From NCBI GenBank assembly GCA_964057225.1, contig OZ059897.1, forward strand, positions 14,384,001 to 14,448,000: a stretch of 64,000 nucleotides of DNA. Reading direction: 5' to 3'. Of this stretch, positions 12,701 to 26,657 are shown in pieces. The first letter of the stretch is position 1, and every line of letters begins with the position of its first letter. The notes under the pieces are model-generated. The model was not told the DNA's origin. It worked only from the letters and a program-made list of their open reading frames with translations, and did no database searches. A program made the translations under genes and the position numbers. Source of the stretch: Auanema rhodensis. Lineage: Eukaryota; Animalia; Nematoda.

Positions 12701-15700
12701 TCTGACACATCAGGTGAATAATTTGGATTCGAAAAGATGAAGAAAGGGAGATGGAAAATAGGGAAAGATGAAGAGAAAAGGGGGTCGTAGGAGGTTGTGA
12801 ATAACAATCATTCTTGACTTAACATTTTTTGTTTATTGATATATTTTTTCAATCTTTTGCTCAATCTGAGGGAACTAATGATTATACTAAGTTCATGTTT
12901 TCAATAAATATTTCAATAGCGAGCAATTAAATTGCATGATGACTATATATTATCAGCCGTGGAACGCAAATTCACGCATTGTGAAATTTCTTTAGCATTT
13001 GCTGCTAAGTTTGCATCAACTTTAAGATGTATATAAAAACTAGATCCATATATAGTAATTGGAACATCAACTGGATAAGAAACATGAGATGAGAATGGCA
13101 TTAAAGTTGGGTGTTTGTCAGAGTATATAGCAGACAGTTAGACAAGAAATTGCAGTACAAATAAGAGAAAGTATAATAAAAAAATCTGCGAGAAAGATGA
13201 AGACAGATGTAACGATGAATAGGGTGAAGAGACGAAGAGAGAGGAACAAAATGATAAAGAGAGGAGCGCCGAACGATAAGATGAACAATGAGCAAAACGA
13301 AAGAGACTAGTGTGTCCGAGTTCAGATTAAGTTTGCTTTGTGCAAATAAGTTGGACAGCTGACGACTTTTTGACCTATGGGATTGCCCAGAGGCTATGAA
13401 AACGCATACGGCGTGTCGGAAGCGGCTAAAGAGCCATTATTTCTTATTTTCCGATGTGCTAGAAATTGAAGAATCTATGTCAGCTTCTTGGGATTTGGCG
13501 AAAAAAAATTGTTTTGCTGAACTTGTTGCCAATTTTGGTTCCTCTTGAGATGTCGTCACATTTTTTTTAAACTAAACTGACGTATGTATTGAATTACACA
13601 CCGTTGAATGAAGATAATATCAAAGTGATAACTGTTATAGATATGTCTGCCCAAGTAAAAATAACAAATTTATATTGGTTCACCTAATTTTAGCTTGTGA
13701 AGTTATATATATTTATAGTTAACTTCATACAAGCATAAATATAACTCTCAAATTTGATACATAATCATGTTTTTAGAACGTTTAAAATCTTTTTTTTTTG
13801 GAGAATGACTACACAGAACGTGCATGTTTCAAACATGAGGCCTCCCTCACCCGTCACTTATAGACGAAAGCAATAGAAAAGAGAAAAGAGAATATGCAGA
13901 CAGACCAGATGAAACGTGAGAGAGAATTTTTTCTGAATTGCGACAACTATTGAAAGAGAGAAGCAGCTAGACAGCAAATCCGAAGATTGAACGTCAAATG
14001 CATATATCCAGTAGCCAATTGTTGCTTTTACGCAAAACTTTGATGCCTATAAAGGACACAATTGAATGATGTAAGTGAAACTGACGACATTTCGGTCATT
14101 TAGAAATATGATGAAGGTTAAACGACGAAGAAAAGATAAAGACAATAATTTGCAATTAAATTAAGACAGAAAAAAATAATAAGGTAACTCGGTGACAAAA
14201 AAAAATTAACGAAACAGAAAAGGTTGAGTGTTGAGGAAGGCAGCTGAGATAAGTTGATATAGGATAGAATATCCTAGGGTCAGCTGATTTACATTGTCAT
14301 GCCATAAGAGAATGTAATGATTGCAAATACACATAATAGATAAATTATATTTTCTTTCACTTCGATTTGTTTTTGATTAGTAAATGAATTTTTCGACAAC
14401 TTTATTCCATGTTCTGATTCCGTGATGAACACTTACATCCATACATATATAATACATACATCTGTATGAGAGAACGAAGGTCGGCAGAAAATAAAAAGAA
14501 ACAAACAAAAGTTGTTCATATCGTCATCGACATCAATGCTTCGTGATGAACGACATCGTCATCAGTACCTGTAGTATCTATTTTCTCTCTTCCTTTATTT
14601 CTTCAAAACTTCTCTCTTTCTTTTTCTCGGTTATCGTCTCGCATGCATGTATGTATGTATAGTTTTGTCTATCTGAATCTCATGGCCATGCTTTTCTTTT
14701 TTTCCCAAAACCTGCTATACATTTAGCAGTCTGCCTTTCATGGATGTTTACAAAAAAGAAAAAGAGGATGGATAATAATGAAATTGAAAGTTCGTGCAGA
14801 TAGAAATAACTGAGAATTTAAGTATGTATCTTGGATGATAGATTCAAATAATATGAATGCCATTCGCATGATCAGTTAAGTGTCTTCAGTTCTAATGTAC
14901 GATCCGGATTGACCATTAGACTCGTTAGATGCTTCGAGACGCAAAGTGGCCTTATGACATACATATGGTTAAGGCTGACAGATTGCAGTCAAAAATCCAA
15001 GCATTGTCTTCAAAGCAAGACAAAAGCAATTGGAAAGATGAATGCATGTGTTATGCTAACGGGGAAGGAGAATAGAGATTTGGCGAAAAGAAACGTCGAA
15101 CCACCGTCATGACGCTGATGATCATCATGAAGCTTTTTTTTCTTCGACGTCTTCTCTCTACTATATCTATCCATCTGGCCCATTCAGATGAAGCTAGTCT
15201 TAGCAGGGCAAATGACGGGTTTAGTCATGAGAAACACTTTTCATAACATCAACTAGACACTGAAATAGGATTAATATAGATGTTTGAGAATGTGAATAGC
15301 TGGATAGAAAAAATGTCTTTGACAGACGTGAAGAAAGCTTTCAGAATTGTATGCGAAATCAGTGTAGTTAGGTTGTAATAGCCTATTTGTAATGAAGGTG
15401 AAAAAATGATATTTCTCAGCTCTTTTTTTCGAAAAAAAAATCAAATATTTTGACTTTTTTTTTTGAAAAAAAAAAACCTCTTACACATTCATAACACATT
15501 AGTAATGAGCTCACAAGTTGTCTTGTTCTTATTGCATTTGCCTTTCTGCAATCCTGTTCTTGTCAGCAACGACTCTCTTTTCTCTTCTTTTCTCTCTCAC
15601 TGTTTCATTTACTCTCCATCTTAATATTTATATTTCTCTCTCTCATCTCTCTTATTTCCACTATATCTTTTCTCTATCTCTATCTTTCTTATGTTTTTAT

Positions 15701-18700
15701 TTATCAAACATACTCCCACTATCCGTCCTACTCACTATCTCATTATCATGGCTCTTTTCTGATTTTCTAATTGTTCATCTTCTTTTCTTCTCATTATCTA
15801 TCTGTTGTTTCACATCATCAGAAGTATCGTTTCATCTACGATCTGTCTGATTTTTGAGACCGCCCGGAAGTCGTGTGTGAAGTACACTTGGCCGCATCGC
15901 TTTGCGATCATGAAAAACAAGCTATCGGCTATTTCCATTTATGGCCACACATATACACATGTATTCAAGTGTATCAGGCCTCTTAGCAAAAGGAACATCG
16001 GGAGGAATAGAAATAAAGAAAGAGATTGGAGGAGAAAGAGACAGAATATGGGATTGAGATAGAGCGGATGAGAGAGGAAGAGAATTGAAAGTTGTTCAAG
16101 AATGTGGACTAGGAGGCAAAGAAAGAAAGAAAAAAAAAGGAAAATGAAAAGAAGACAGATAAAGAAGGAATGAAAAGAAGGATTCAAAGAAAGCAGACGT
16201 GCAGAGTGGAGGTGAAAAAGATTAGAAAACACTTTTTTTTGGGTTTTGCAGTTAGCTTTAAGAAGATTGTTTACATACTATGCTGTATTTCTATTATGAT
16301 GCCATCTATTCAAATAAATTTAAAGAAAAGGATATTAAACGGCACCAAGTTCTTAGAATGATGGCTTTTGAAGTAGATGAGATATATAATACCAATCAAA
16401 TCATAAAAGGTAAAAGACAAAAAGAAAAAAAAAAGAAAATTGTGTGCATGTATGTGTGTATACATGTGTATATGTATGTATGTGTGCGTCTGCCAATGAT
16501 GAAAACAGTTGGAAATAGATGTACTTAGGTTTTTGGTTGTTTTCCGTCAAGCCCAATTGAGCTTGCATACATCATTCATAAAGCTGAATACATGGAAGGT
16601 CAAAGAAGCTACACCATGTTCCCATTAAAAAAACATAACATATAATCTGGTCCGTTTTCGTTATAGGAGTTTCATCTTTATAATCGACCATATAAACTCA
16701 ATTTACATTCTCATAACTCTACACATATTAGAGAAAAGAATGAAATATAGAGATACATACCAAAAGGGAAGGAGAGAAAGAGAGGAAGGGTGAGAGTGAG
16801 AGTGTATGAGAGAGAGAGGGGGTGAGGAGGAGATGGGTAGACTCTCTGTTCTTATATGGGTATTCTTTCTTCATCATCATCACTTGGCTTCCTGTGTGAC
16901 AATACAAAACAGAAAGACAGAAAATAGAGAAGAGGGATCATCCACATCGATTCTGTAAAACAGGGTCAAGCAGGTTGCTTGATTATCGTTACCCTCTTTA
17001 CTACTCAATCCACTCAATCTACCTCAATCATCTTTCAATCGTCATATGATTTAAATGAAACAACAAATGAATATTAGAAAATGAAATTTTCTCTATGTAT
17101 TCCTTTTCCTCTTAAAGAATGGTTGGCCCGAAAGAAAGACAAAAACTATTTTTGAACTCAGGAATATGAATGAATGTAATAGAAAAGAAACGGCATGTTG
17201 ACTATTGTAAGTAGTTCGACTACATACATATGTATGTATGTGCAGGTTTCTCTCTCTTTTCCTCTTTCTCTCTCCATCTTGCTATCTTTACCTCTCTACT
17301 GTCCTCTCTCGTTATATTTTTCTCGTTTTCTCTCTCTTTCTCACTTCTAGTCTTTCATCCGAATGTGTGTCCTGTCATCTCATGCCGGACAAGTTTCTGG
17401 GCAAACAGTACTGATATAACAAACGACTGAAGAAGTATAAACTGACCAAGTTGAAAAAAAACGAGAAAAATTGTCAGTTAAGCTTCGGCTATATACATTC
17501 AATATCTGAGTGTTATTGGGGCTCATACTATTTCTCAATGAAATCTCGTTTTTCCCATATTCCTTTGATTTTGTGAGAAAAATTAACTAAAATTGTTATG
17601 ATATTTAGTTTATATACATGTACATATATAAACAAATAATTAATAAAGTAAATCATATAAAAGGTAATAGTTGAATATGTTGATTGAATAGAAATAATGA
17701 AAGAAAGTCAACATATTAAAATGATGTAATTGTTGTCTAGACTATGAGAGAAAACATAAATACAATTCAGTCATAAATTGTGAACTAGCTATCTCTTTAC
17801 TCATAAACTATATACATTATATATTCGTATATTAAATCATACACATAGAAATAGAATATAGAAAATATTAATGAATCAATTATATAATTCACAAATTATT
17901 TTTAACTATTTGTAGGTCTTTACTTGTTGATTAATCTACGTATATTATTATAGTATCATCTGGGAGACATTTTTCTATACGATGAAATGAGCAATATCTT
18001 TTCAAAGGTTTTTTTTTGTTCTTAACTACATAGCTTAGCAATAAGATTATAAGTGTCTAATAGATGGAAAAATGTTTTTTTTTTCAATCAAAGGACATCA
18101 AATTGGCAGAAAAAAACGAGATAGTATATCTCAGTATGATGTATTAAGAGATATGCAGAAAATAAATAGAAATATATAGAGAGAGAAAGAGAGAGAGATA
18201 GAGAGAGAGAGAGAGAGGGCGAAGTAGAGAATGTGGTTATCCGCGAAAACAATCGCAGCACAGCAGGGTCGGTTGGGTCTGCAGCCGGATGTCTCTGCCG
18301 GCAGGGGAGCTTGGTCGGGCATCAGATACGAGAAAAGACTTTAGGAAAAACAAAGAAAAATAACCGTTTGAAACACATGCATATTTGGAAATGAAATGAA
18401 ATGATTTTATTGAATATTTTAATTTTGTTTCTTTTTCTTTTTTTTTGGAAAAGATATTTTTAGAATGCAATAATCACGTTTTCTATCTGAACCTTTCCGT
18501 GTAACATTCTGTTCACTCATTTCTATCTTTTCAAACTAATGTCTGTCACTAGGGGAAGGAAAAAAAGGTACACAAGGAACTTTGGGGTGTCACTTCATTT
18601 TTTCTTAGAGATCAACAGGTTTCCAATATACCTGCATGCCTGTGTCTATATTTGCCCCAGTTTGAAATCTAAAAAAAACTGTTTCTCTGATTGGTCTCTA

Positions 18701-20509
18701 AAGAATTGTTGAGATATTTATGAGTTCTATTCTATCTACTCAAGTTATTGTAAATACAATTTAGTATTAGCAGTAATAACCATGTTGAGCGTCGAACAGA
18801 TATTATATTCGAATAGTTAATGCAAGTGTGTGCCGTACATGACAAATGAAATCGAACATCATTTCGTGTTTTTACGATTCAATCCACTACCCTTCCCGTT
18901 AGCCAATCTCTCTCTTTCTCTCTATTTTTCAATCTCAAACTTTTTCCATGTTAAACCTTCTTAGTTGAGACACTTCTTACTTATAGTGTTTCTTTTTATT
19001 TTTCACCTATTTCACATTTAATTGTTCTTTACAGCAAGCTTTTGAAAGTTTTGTTAACGTTCGTCAGATTAGAGAACAACTCTGATTTAGACGTTTCGTG
19101 CAGCTTGAGGCCGTCGGTCAAATTGAAGCATCGTCTCCTCTTACTCTCTCGTCTTTCATAACAGTCTTCATTTACTTCTTCGTTTCTTTCACTTTTTCTA
19201 TTCTTGGTACTACCAAACAACGTCGTGGACAGGATAATAGAACCAGCTAGCTTGTCTGAATAATTCAGAAGCTAACTGAGTTTGAAGAAGAGCGATATTT
19301 AGACGAACATAAGACAACGAATTGAGAAGCGAATAATATGGAAGTCGATAGGATGACAATAATAATCGCTTAATTTGAGTTACAGTTGAGTAATGTGATG
19401 TGGAATATGAAACAATATAGAACACAAGAGCAAAAAAATGAAGGCAGATGAAGATAAGTGAGAAGATGTATTAAAGATAAAGACAATTGGGAGACTGCGG
19501 ACGAGGAAATGAAGAGATACACTCTTACTTCAAAAGATACATAAGAAGAGAGAAAAAGAAAAAAGAGAGAAAATGTGAAATAGAAGAAAAACATGTATGA
19601 TGCAAAATATGGGTAATTATTCAGCAATTACGAGTGAAGTTGCGACAAATCTGTTGTCGTTGACAGAACAGCTGTTTCGAACATTGCTTAAGCTGGCTCA
19701 TATGCCGACTCTTGTCGCCAAGATTAACAAATTCTGGAGAAAAATAGAAGTATTCCTGGCGACACATACACACATACACACAGCAGATCGAAAGCTTTAG
19801 CTGTTTGAAGTCTCGAGAGGATTTGAAGAGGATGGAAACTAAAAAGTGTCTGTATGTGTCGACAAGTTGCATCCGATTCACTTTATCTATCATAACATAC
19901 CACCATTTTGAATTTATCTATTTATGTTTTCCTTTTTCTTTTTTTAAAAGAAGAAATGATTTATTGCTATGGGATTCATAATTCAAGTTACGAAAAAATA
20001 GGGAGAGAGAGAGGAAATATAAGAGAGGGGAGGGTAATGTCATCAATGTTGCCAACTAATCTGCTTAACTTTAGTCTCTCTATTGGTGAGGGAGTATATG
20101 GAGGACATTTCAGACCAATTGAGAAGCCGTTCAGTTTATGATATGTAGTAGTATCAATATATTTGAATATCTTAATAATTGATAGAAATTTCTTATAATT
20201 TGAGCAGTAGGCATTGACTCTATGAATTATTTCCGAGAATCAATGGTCAAGTCTGGCTTTTTTCTTCTTGATTTGGTTATGTTATGATTTTCGCAATAGA
20301 TTCTTCTTCTTTCAAATTCATTTCCTCTAATCATATTTTTCAATTTAGTTGAAAATTGGTGATGGACTTTAGAAATGAAACTGGAAAGAATACATAGAAA
20401 GATGAGAGGGGCGGGAGGGAAATTTGTAAAATGGAAAGAGAAATAGAAAAAATGCTGGATTTAAATAAAATAGGGGAGGGATAGATAAATAAGAGTAAAA
20501 CTTTGACTT

Positions 20510-20516
<7 letters not shown>

Positions 20517-20541
<25 letters not shown>
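20517..20541. repeat. (AT)n microsatellite
   Basis: Direct reading of an AT dinucleotide run. Confidence 0.9.
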
Positions 20542-23500
20542 TGTGAAACCTCTTTGTTCCCTTGTCGAACAAATAATTTACGTCATTTTTTGCATGAACA
20601 TGTTAAAAGTACATGCGCTGATGAAATGAAGATAGGGTTTGGTGAAACTTTTGAAAAACATGAGAAGCTAATTTATGGTGGAGGTACATTGTTAAGTTAA
20701 TGAATGATAAGCAAAGACAAAAAAGTTCTTCCTTTCATTGGTTTTTTTTTCAAATGAAATATTCATGTTGAGAAATTCTATCTTGCTCAATCTATATTTA
20801 GTTCATTAACATCTATGTCATTCGTTTAGAGCTGAATGGAATTGATCTGAAACAGAAATAAAGCATGTGAAAGATTTGTAAAAAAAAAGAAAAGAAAGGA
20901 GGTTGTAGAGGGCAAATAAGCTTATTTGTAAAAAAAACGATGTAATGAGAAAAGACTTGTTTGACAACCATATATCCTCTAACTTAATTTTTATACATTA
21001 TATCCGTATGTGTATATGAATTGTAGGAGATGTATGTATATGTATGTATAAAAATGCATTGAAGCAGTAAATTTTCATTCCGCATCTTTCGATTCCTTTT
21101 TCTGTCTATTGAGAACGAGTCGTCTTGTTGTCAAATTGGCCATCATTCAGACGAATAATAGGCAGACTTGCCGCAGACGAACTGAGCTCCTCAAAAAACT
21201 GGGACCCAGAAGAAGAAGAGGAAGAAAAGGAGGAAAAGAAAGAGAAGAAGAAGGATGAGAGATTAAAAAGTAAAGGGAGACTATGGAGAAAAACAAACGA
21301 GAATGAAATAGAATACGATAGATATAGTTTGTTAGATAGATTGATAGAGAGGGCAAAGAGGAAAAGATAGAGGGTTTACATAGATAAAAATAGAAAATGA
21401 GGGGAACGCAGAAATAAAAAGTAGAGAAACTATAGAAAAGATGGAGATATAACGATAGACAGAAAGGGAGAGGAAAAGCAAAAAGCGATGAAGCTTAGCA
21501 ACAACAGTGCGGTAAGGAGTGATTGGTGTTGATGGACCCCAATAGTGTTCTTGAGTCAGATGTTCATTTGTTCTTAATGGCTATCGTAGATATCAAAGTA
21601 ATTAGTAAGTTAAGAGAATTTGGTAAAGAAAAGAGTAAAAAATGAAAAGAAAGCAAAGGTATATTCAAGAAAAAGCAAAGAACATCAAATGAAAAAAGCT
21701 TGAAAGGACTAGATTATCTTGTCTTATCAAGAAATGAGAGCGAAATACATTGGCATAGTAAACAATCAGGTCTAGAACGAATAGCTGACATAATTTTTAG
21801 CACCTGTGATATTTGTATTGAAGATATATCAAAATCTTAGGATATGATCAGTATAATGATTATTTAATCTGACAAATGTATCTATACATATATAATATAA
21901 ATATATATATAAATATATATATATATATATGTATTAACTATATGTATTTCTATACACATTTTCAGACGTGCACTCTTCTCATCGTCATGTAGTTTTTCTT
22001 TTTTTTATTGTTGTTTTGTTCGGCACATTGTGTCGATGCTAGTAATCAACCATCATAAAAATGTGAGAAAGAAAAATGCTGAATCTTAAAATACTTGAAG
22101 AATAATGATTCTTCTACTTCACTTGAATTTCAGTGGCTTCAAGAAAATCATGAATTCTGAGCAAGGAAATAGTTACTATGAGACGTCGGGTGGATTAAAC
22201 TCTATTGTGCTCATGTCATCAGTTCATTGTTTTAATGACCTCAATGTAGTTAAGAAAGAGGGAAGATGAATTAAAAAGAAGAGGGAAAGAGAGAGAAAAA
22301 TGGAGAGGAAGATAGATAGATTTGGAGAGAGCAACATATCAAAACATTGTCTCTTGTTTATACAGTGCAATAGTCATAAAAGGCAATGTTTCTCTTTTAA
22401 TATGCTATGTATGGGAATGCATTTTATTTTAGTTACAAATCTTCTAATTAACAAAGTTTTTCATTTTAAGATTTTTTTGTTTTTCCTTCAATCGAGCATT
22501 GCCTCTGGTTTTCTATCTTTATAATGGAAAGGGAAGAAGGTGGTGGGGGGGGGGGAGGGTATACACAAGTTATAACGTCCAATATATAATATGCATTCGG
22601 CCTACATATAGTAGCTTAAACAGACATATGTCATCTTGAACAAACCGAAAATGGTTGTAGACAACTATTAAAGTTAGCTTCTTCTTCTCTCTTCATGTTG
22701 ATGATATGTATTGAAGAAGAATTTGTGTATATGAATGAGAACAGCTGCAAAAACATAAAACTCAAGTAGAAAAAAAATTTTAAAAGAAAGGAAAATGGGA
22801 AGGAGAAATAGAGAGAAATGTGTGCAGAACAAAAAAAAAAGAAAAGCGAGATAGAGAAAAAGAGTGTGAGAATGAATATGTCGAGCAGGAAATAGAAACT
22901 AATAAATCCAAGTTTTCAGACTACAACTTTTTGAGTTACTCATAACAAACTACGTGTAATCGTGTAATCTCAAAGTCTCATTTCCAAGAATTAAGAAGTT
23001 GCTGCCAAGTTGTTATTATAAGTAAGTTTTTTTTGTTTAGATTTAGTTTATATCTTTATGATATTGTTTATTTTGAATATTCGATAACGACTATCGATGT
23101 CAAGTTTTCATGCCTTTATCTTATACATTAATGTTTCCAGATTATATAGATCTGTTGAAGTGGCTCGGATGAAGAGTAGGAGTAGAATTGAGTAGTGTAA
23201 TATAGAATATAAAGATGACAAAGAAAAGAAAAAGATCATAATGATGATGAAAAGAACGGTCAACCAACATGAAACTGTTAGTTAATCGTTCCGTAGCAGT
23301 TTTCTTTCGGTTTTGTTTGATCGAGCAGCTTAAACAAATAGAAAATGATCGACACGAAAAAAAGAAGTGAACGATGAGTGAATGATGACACTTACGTTTC
23401 AAAATTCAAATAATTCATTTTTTCTGCTAAGTGTTCTGAAGATGCTACATAGTATCATAGCTTATGTTGCAGTATATATATAATCTCATGGATATATATT

Positions 23501-26500
23501 TATATATACATGATATCTTATACGTATTAGATATAAGGTTAATCTTTTGTTCATTTAGATCACACTGTTCTGAAGAAAAAGGCTTTTTTGAAATATTTAT
23601 TTATATCTTTTGACAATCATCTCTTCTCATTATTAAATATATAATTCACTTATTGCACATGCATATGTAGATTATGTGTCGTTTGAATATTGCTACTCAA
23701 GTAGTCATAGTGTTGATGGTGATGGTGGCCTTCAAAGACCAAATACCCACTCGTTTGCAGCTCAAACAGCAGTAGTTCATCTGCCAAGAACAAGTCAATG
23801 TATTCAGTGCACATCGTATGGCAACATAGTTCTTAGACAGCTCTTGTGATGTATGCTCTTTAATACCTGAATTAGCGTTCAGGATTTATGCAGTACTGCT
23901 AGTTAAGTAAATGACACAATTTGAAAAGTGAGCAAAGTTGGACTCACATCTCCTTTCTCTTCTAAGCTCTCTCCTGTTCTCTCACTCTTTGGCTTTTGCT
24001 TGCGCTGTCGTTCATAATCTCTATGATTTTCTCTATGTCTCTTATACAAACAGAGCTGGAATACAACTTCTATCGTCAATTATGTCTCCAACTATGAATG
24101 TCCTCCGGAAAAGAGGATAAAATCTGCTCTCTGGGGACATAACATTGAAATTTCACATTTTTGAATTAAGTGTGCAACATTATCTTTACGTAGATCTACA
24201 TATATGATACTGATTAGAAGATCTAAAGCAGGAAATGGGAAATATCAGATGTGATTTTCTTGACTTTTTCTTTATTCTTATGTACATCTACTTGTATATA
24301 GTAGTATGACTAGTGATTGGATTAAGGATGGAATAAGCATATATTCCATAATATGTATTAGATGACTGACTATTCAATTAATACTGTTCTTTCCTATAAT
24401 AGCAGATGACGTAATGGTTGGTCGTTATGACCCTTATTTGACATTTGTCATTCTCTCCCTCTCTCTCTATCTTCATCGCCTCCGCTGCCACTTTTTTTCT
24501 CTCTCATTTCCTCTCATATTACCCCCTTTATGTCTATAACTCTCCAAAATATGTTTGATATTTCTATATGTCTTGATTGAATGTCCAAAGAAATAATCGG
24601 CGAAAGAGAAATAGGCATGATGGACTGATGGGACTTATTTAGATTAGCAGAATTCTAATTCCTAATTTGAAGTGGCATTTTAATGAGTTCATTATACTTC
24701 CAGATTGTGAACTTCAAACTTTTCAAGTGAATATACATGATTAGGTGTTTCAATCCAAATGTTATTCATTCTTTAAATGAATTTATAGCTTTTTCAATTC
24801 ATTCTTAAAGAAGTTTTGTGCTAATTTCATTCACTTCTATGTAATCTTCAAAATCCTTCATAATCTTTTCCAACAATTTTTTCAACAACGAAAAATAAAA
24901 TAACAAAGGGTATGTGAGTTTCTTCGGATTTGCTCATGAATTCGGAAAGATATGAAGAGAAAGCGTTAGTTTGAAAGAGGGGGGGGGGTATAGGAAGAGA
25001 ATTGAAAGACAAAGAATAGAAATAGAGAAAGAAGTAGCAATAGATGAAAACAAGCCTTTAACGTCATAAAGCTTGACGAATTGTCTTGATGTCTGTTCAT
25101 TTCCGTGTTTGTAGCTTCAAAAATCTTTCACTATAATGAAAGATAATCCATCTTATATATGTAGGTATGCATAAATCCAAAAATGCAATTTCATATATAC
25201 TCATATGTGTATATTCACTTACTTTTCTTCTTATAAAGGTTATAATTTAGAAAATAAAGAAATGCCATTTCAAGTACAGGCTTAACAGCCTTACGAGTTC
25301 CAATGAAGTAGGTGAAGAAAGTGGGATTTGGCTAAATGGGGACTAGAAATAGAAGGACAATACCAGAAAAGATGTGAGCTTAAAGAAAAGAAAAACAATA
25401 GAAATTTTGAAAGTTGTTTTATCTGTTTCTTTACTTTCTTGTATCATTATTATTATTTTGCTTTTTATGTAATATTTACGAAAACGACGTTGTGAGTTGT
25501 TATTTTTTCTTGTTATAATCTCTTCACAGACATTTTATATTTTTTTTAGTTCTTTGCCTGGCCATGCTTATTCATGATTTGGATGCAATGATCGTTATGT
25601 ACATAATTAGAGGCTAGACAGAAATCAAAAATGCTTCGATTAACCAATAAATGAACGGAATAAGCAGAGGTTTCGTCCTTCTGTTTCGAAGGCATTCATA
25701 GAAATGAGATAGATCGAATATAAGGTAGAGATTAGAAGAGGGTGAAAAAGAAAAAAAGATGAAAAGAGAATGGGTGGGGTTGAGACACTAATATAAAACA
25801 TTGACAACATAAGAAAGGGAGAGAGAAAAATAGTTAGAGAAGGGGTCGTTAGATAGCAGAGGTCGGAAATGAACAGTTCAATACTGAATTGAGGTCGAGT
25901 ACGCAAGTAGAGTTCGGTAGGATATAACAGAAAGCAATAGTGAATGTTCCAAAACACTTTTGTCACAAAAGAATTGAAATACGAGGGCGATGAGGCTGGA
26001 ATTAGTCTGAAGTCTAAATAGAAAAGGATCAACATCGCTCAGTTTTCTCTGTTTCTTAGTTGGCCATTGAACGAGAATAAAAGCTAGAACTATGTTGCCA
26101 AAAAACTGCGGGATGATCAAATTGGAGTATTTTTTAAATAATAGCTTAAAAATCATATTGTTATTCGATTAAGTATGCTATTTGATCGATGTATTTTTCT
26201 CTGAAATAAAAAGAGTAATGACCCAGAGATATGACTGAAAGATAACACGAAAAAAATGATGAAAAACTATAATGAAATAAATTACTGAATATAGATAGTT
26301 TTACATTTTCGTTAAGCAGTACATATGATCTTTGATTTGATTAGCGTCAACGTTTTCAGCTACAACTCTCTAACATCATCATTATCCTATTATTAGATTG
26401 TTCTTCAATCATTGCTTATTCTTTTTTTTCTTCTTCTTCTTTGATTTACGGAAAGTTATTGATACATTTTCCGTTTTCTTTTCTTTCAGGCAAACATATC

Positions 26501-26620
26501 AAATAGTCCAAAAAGCTGACTTGTTGTATCATATATTATTCACAAAAAAAAACAGAGTGAACACGCAAAGTAAGCTGAATCACATTATGATAAACTGATA
26601 CTCGTATTCATATTTTGTAC

Positions 26621-26623
<3 letters not shown>

Positions 26624-26653
<30 letters not shown>
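26624..26653. repeat. (AT)n microsatellite
   Basis: Direct reading of an AT dinucleotide run. Confidence 0.9.

Positions 26654-26657
<4 letters not shown>

Noticed and set aside
12788-12800. 13-nt match on the minus strand to the 5' end of miR-67/miR-307 (TCACAACCTCCTA)
   Set aside because: The 3' half diverges and no precursor hairpin can form with the flanks.
23928-23939. 12-nt match to the miR-87 5' end (GTGAGCAAAGTT)
   Set aside because: No upstream 5p arm. The only pairing is G-U-rich and on the wrong side.
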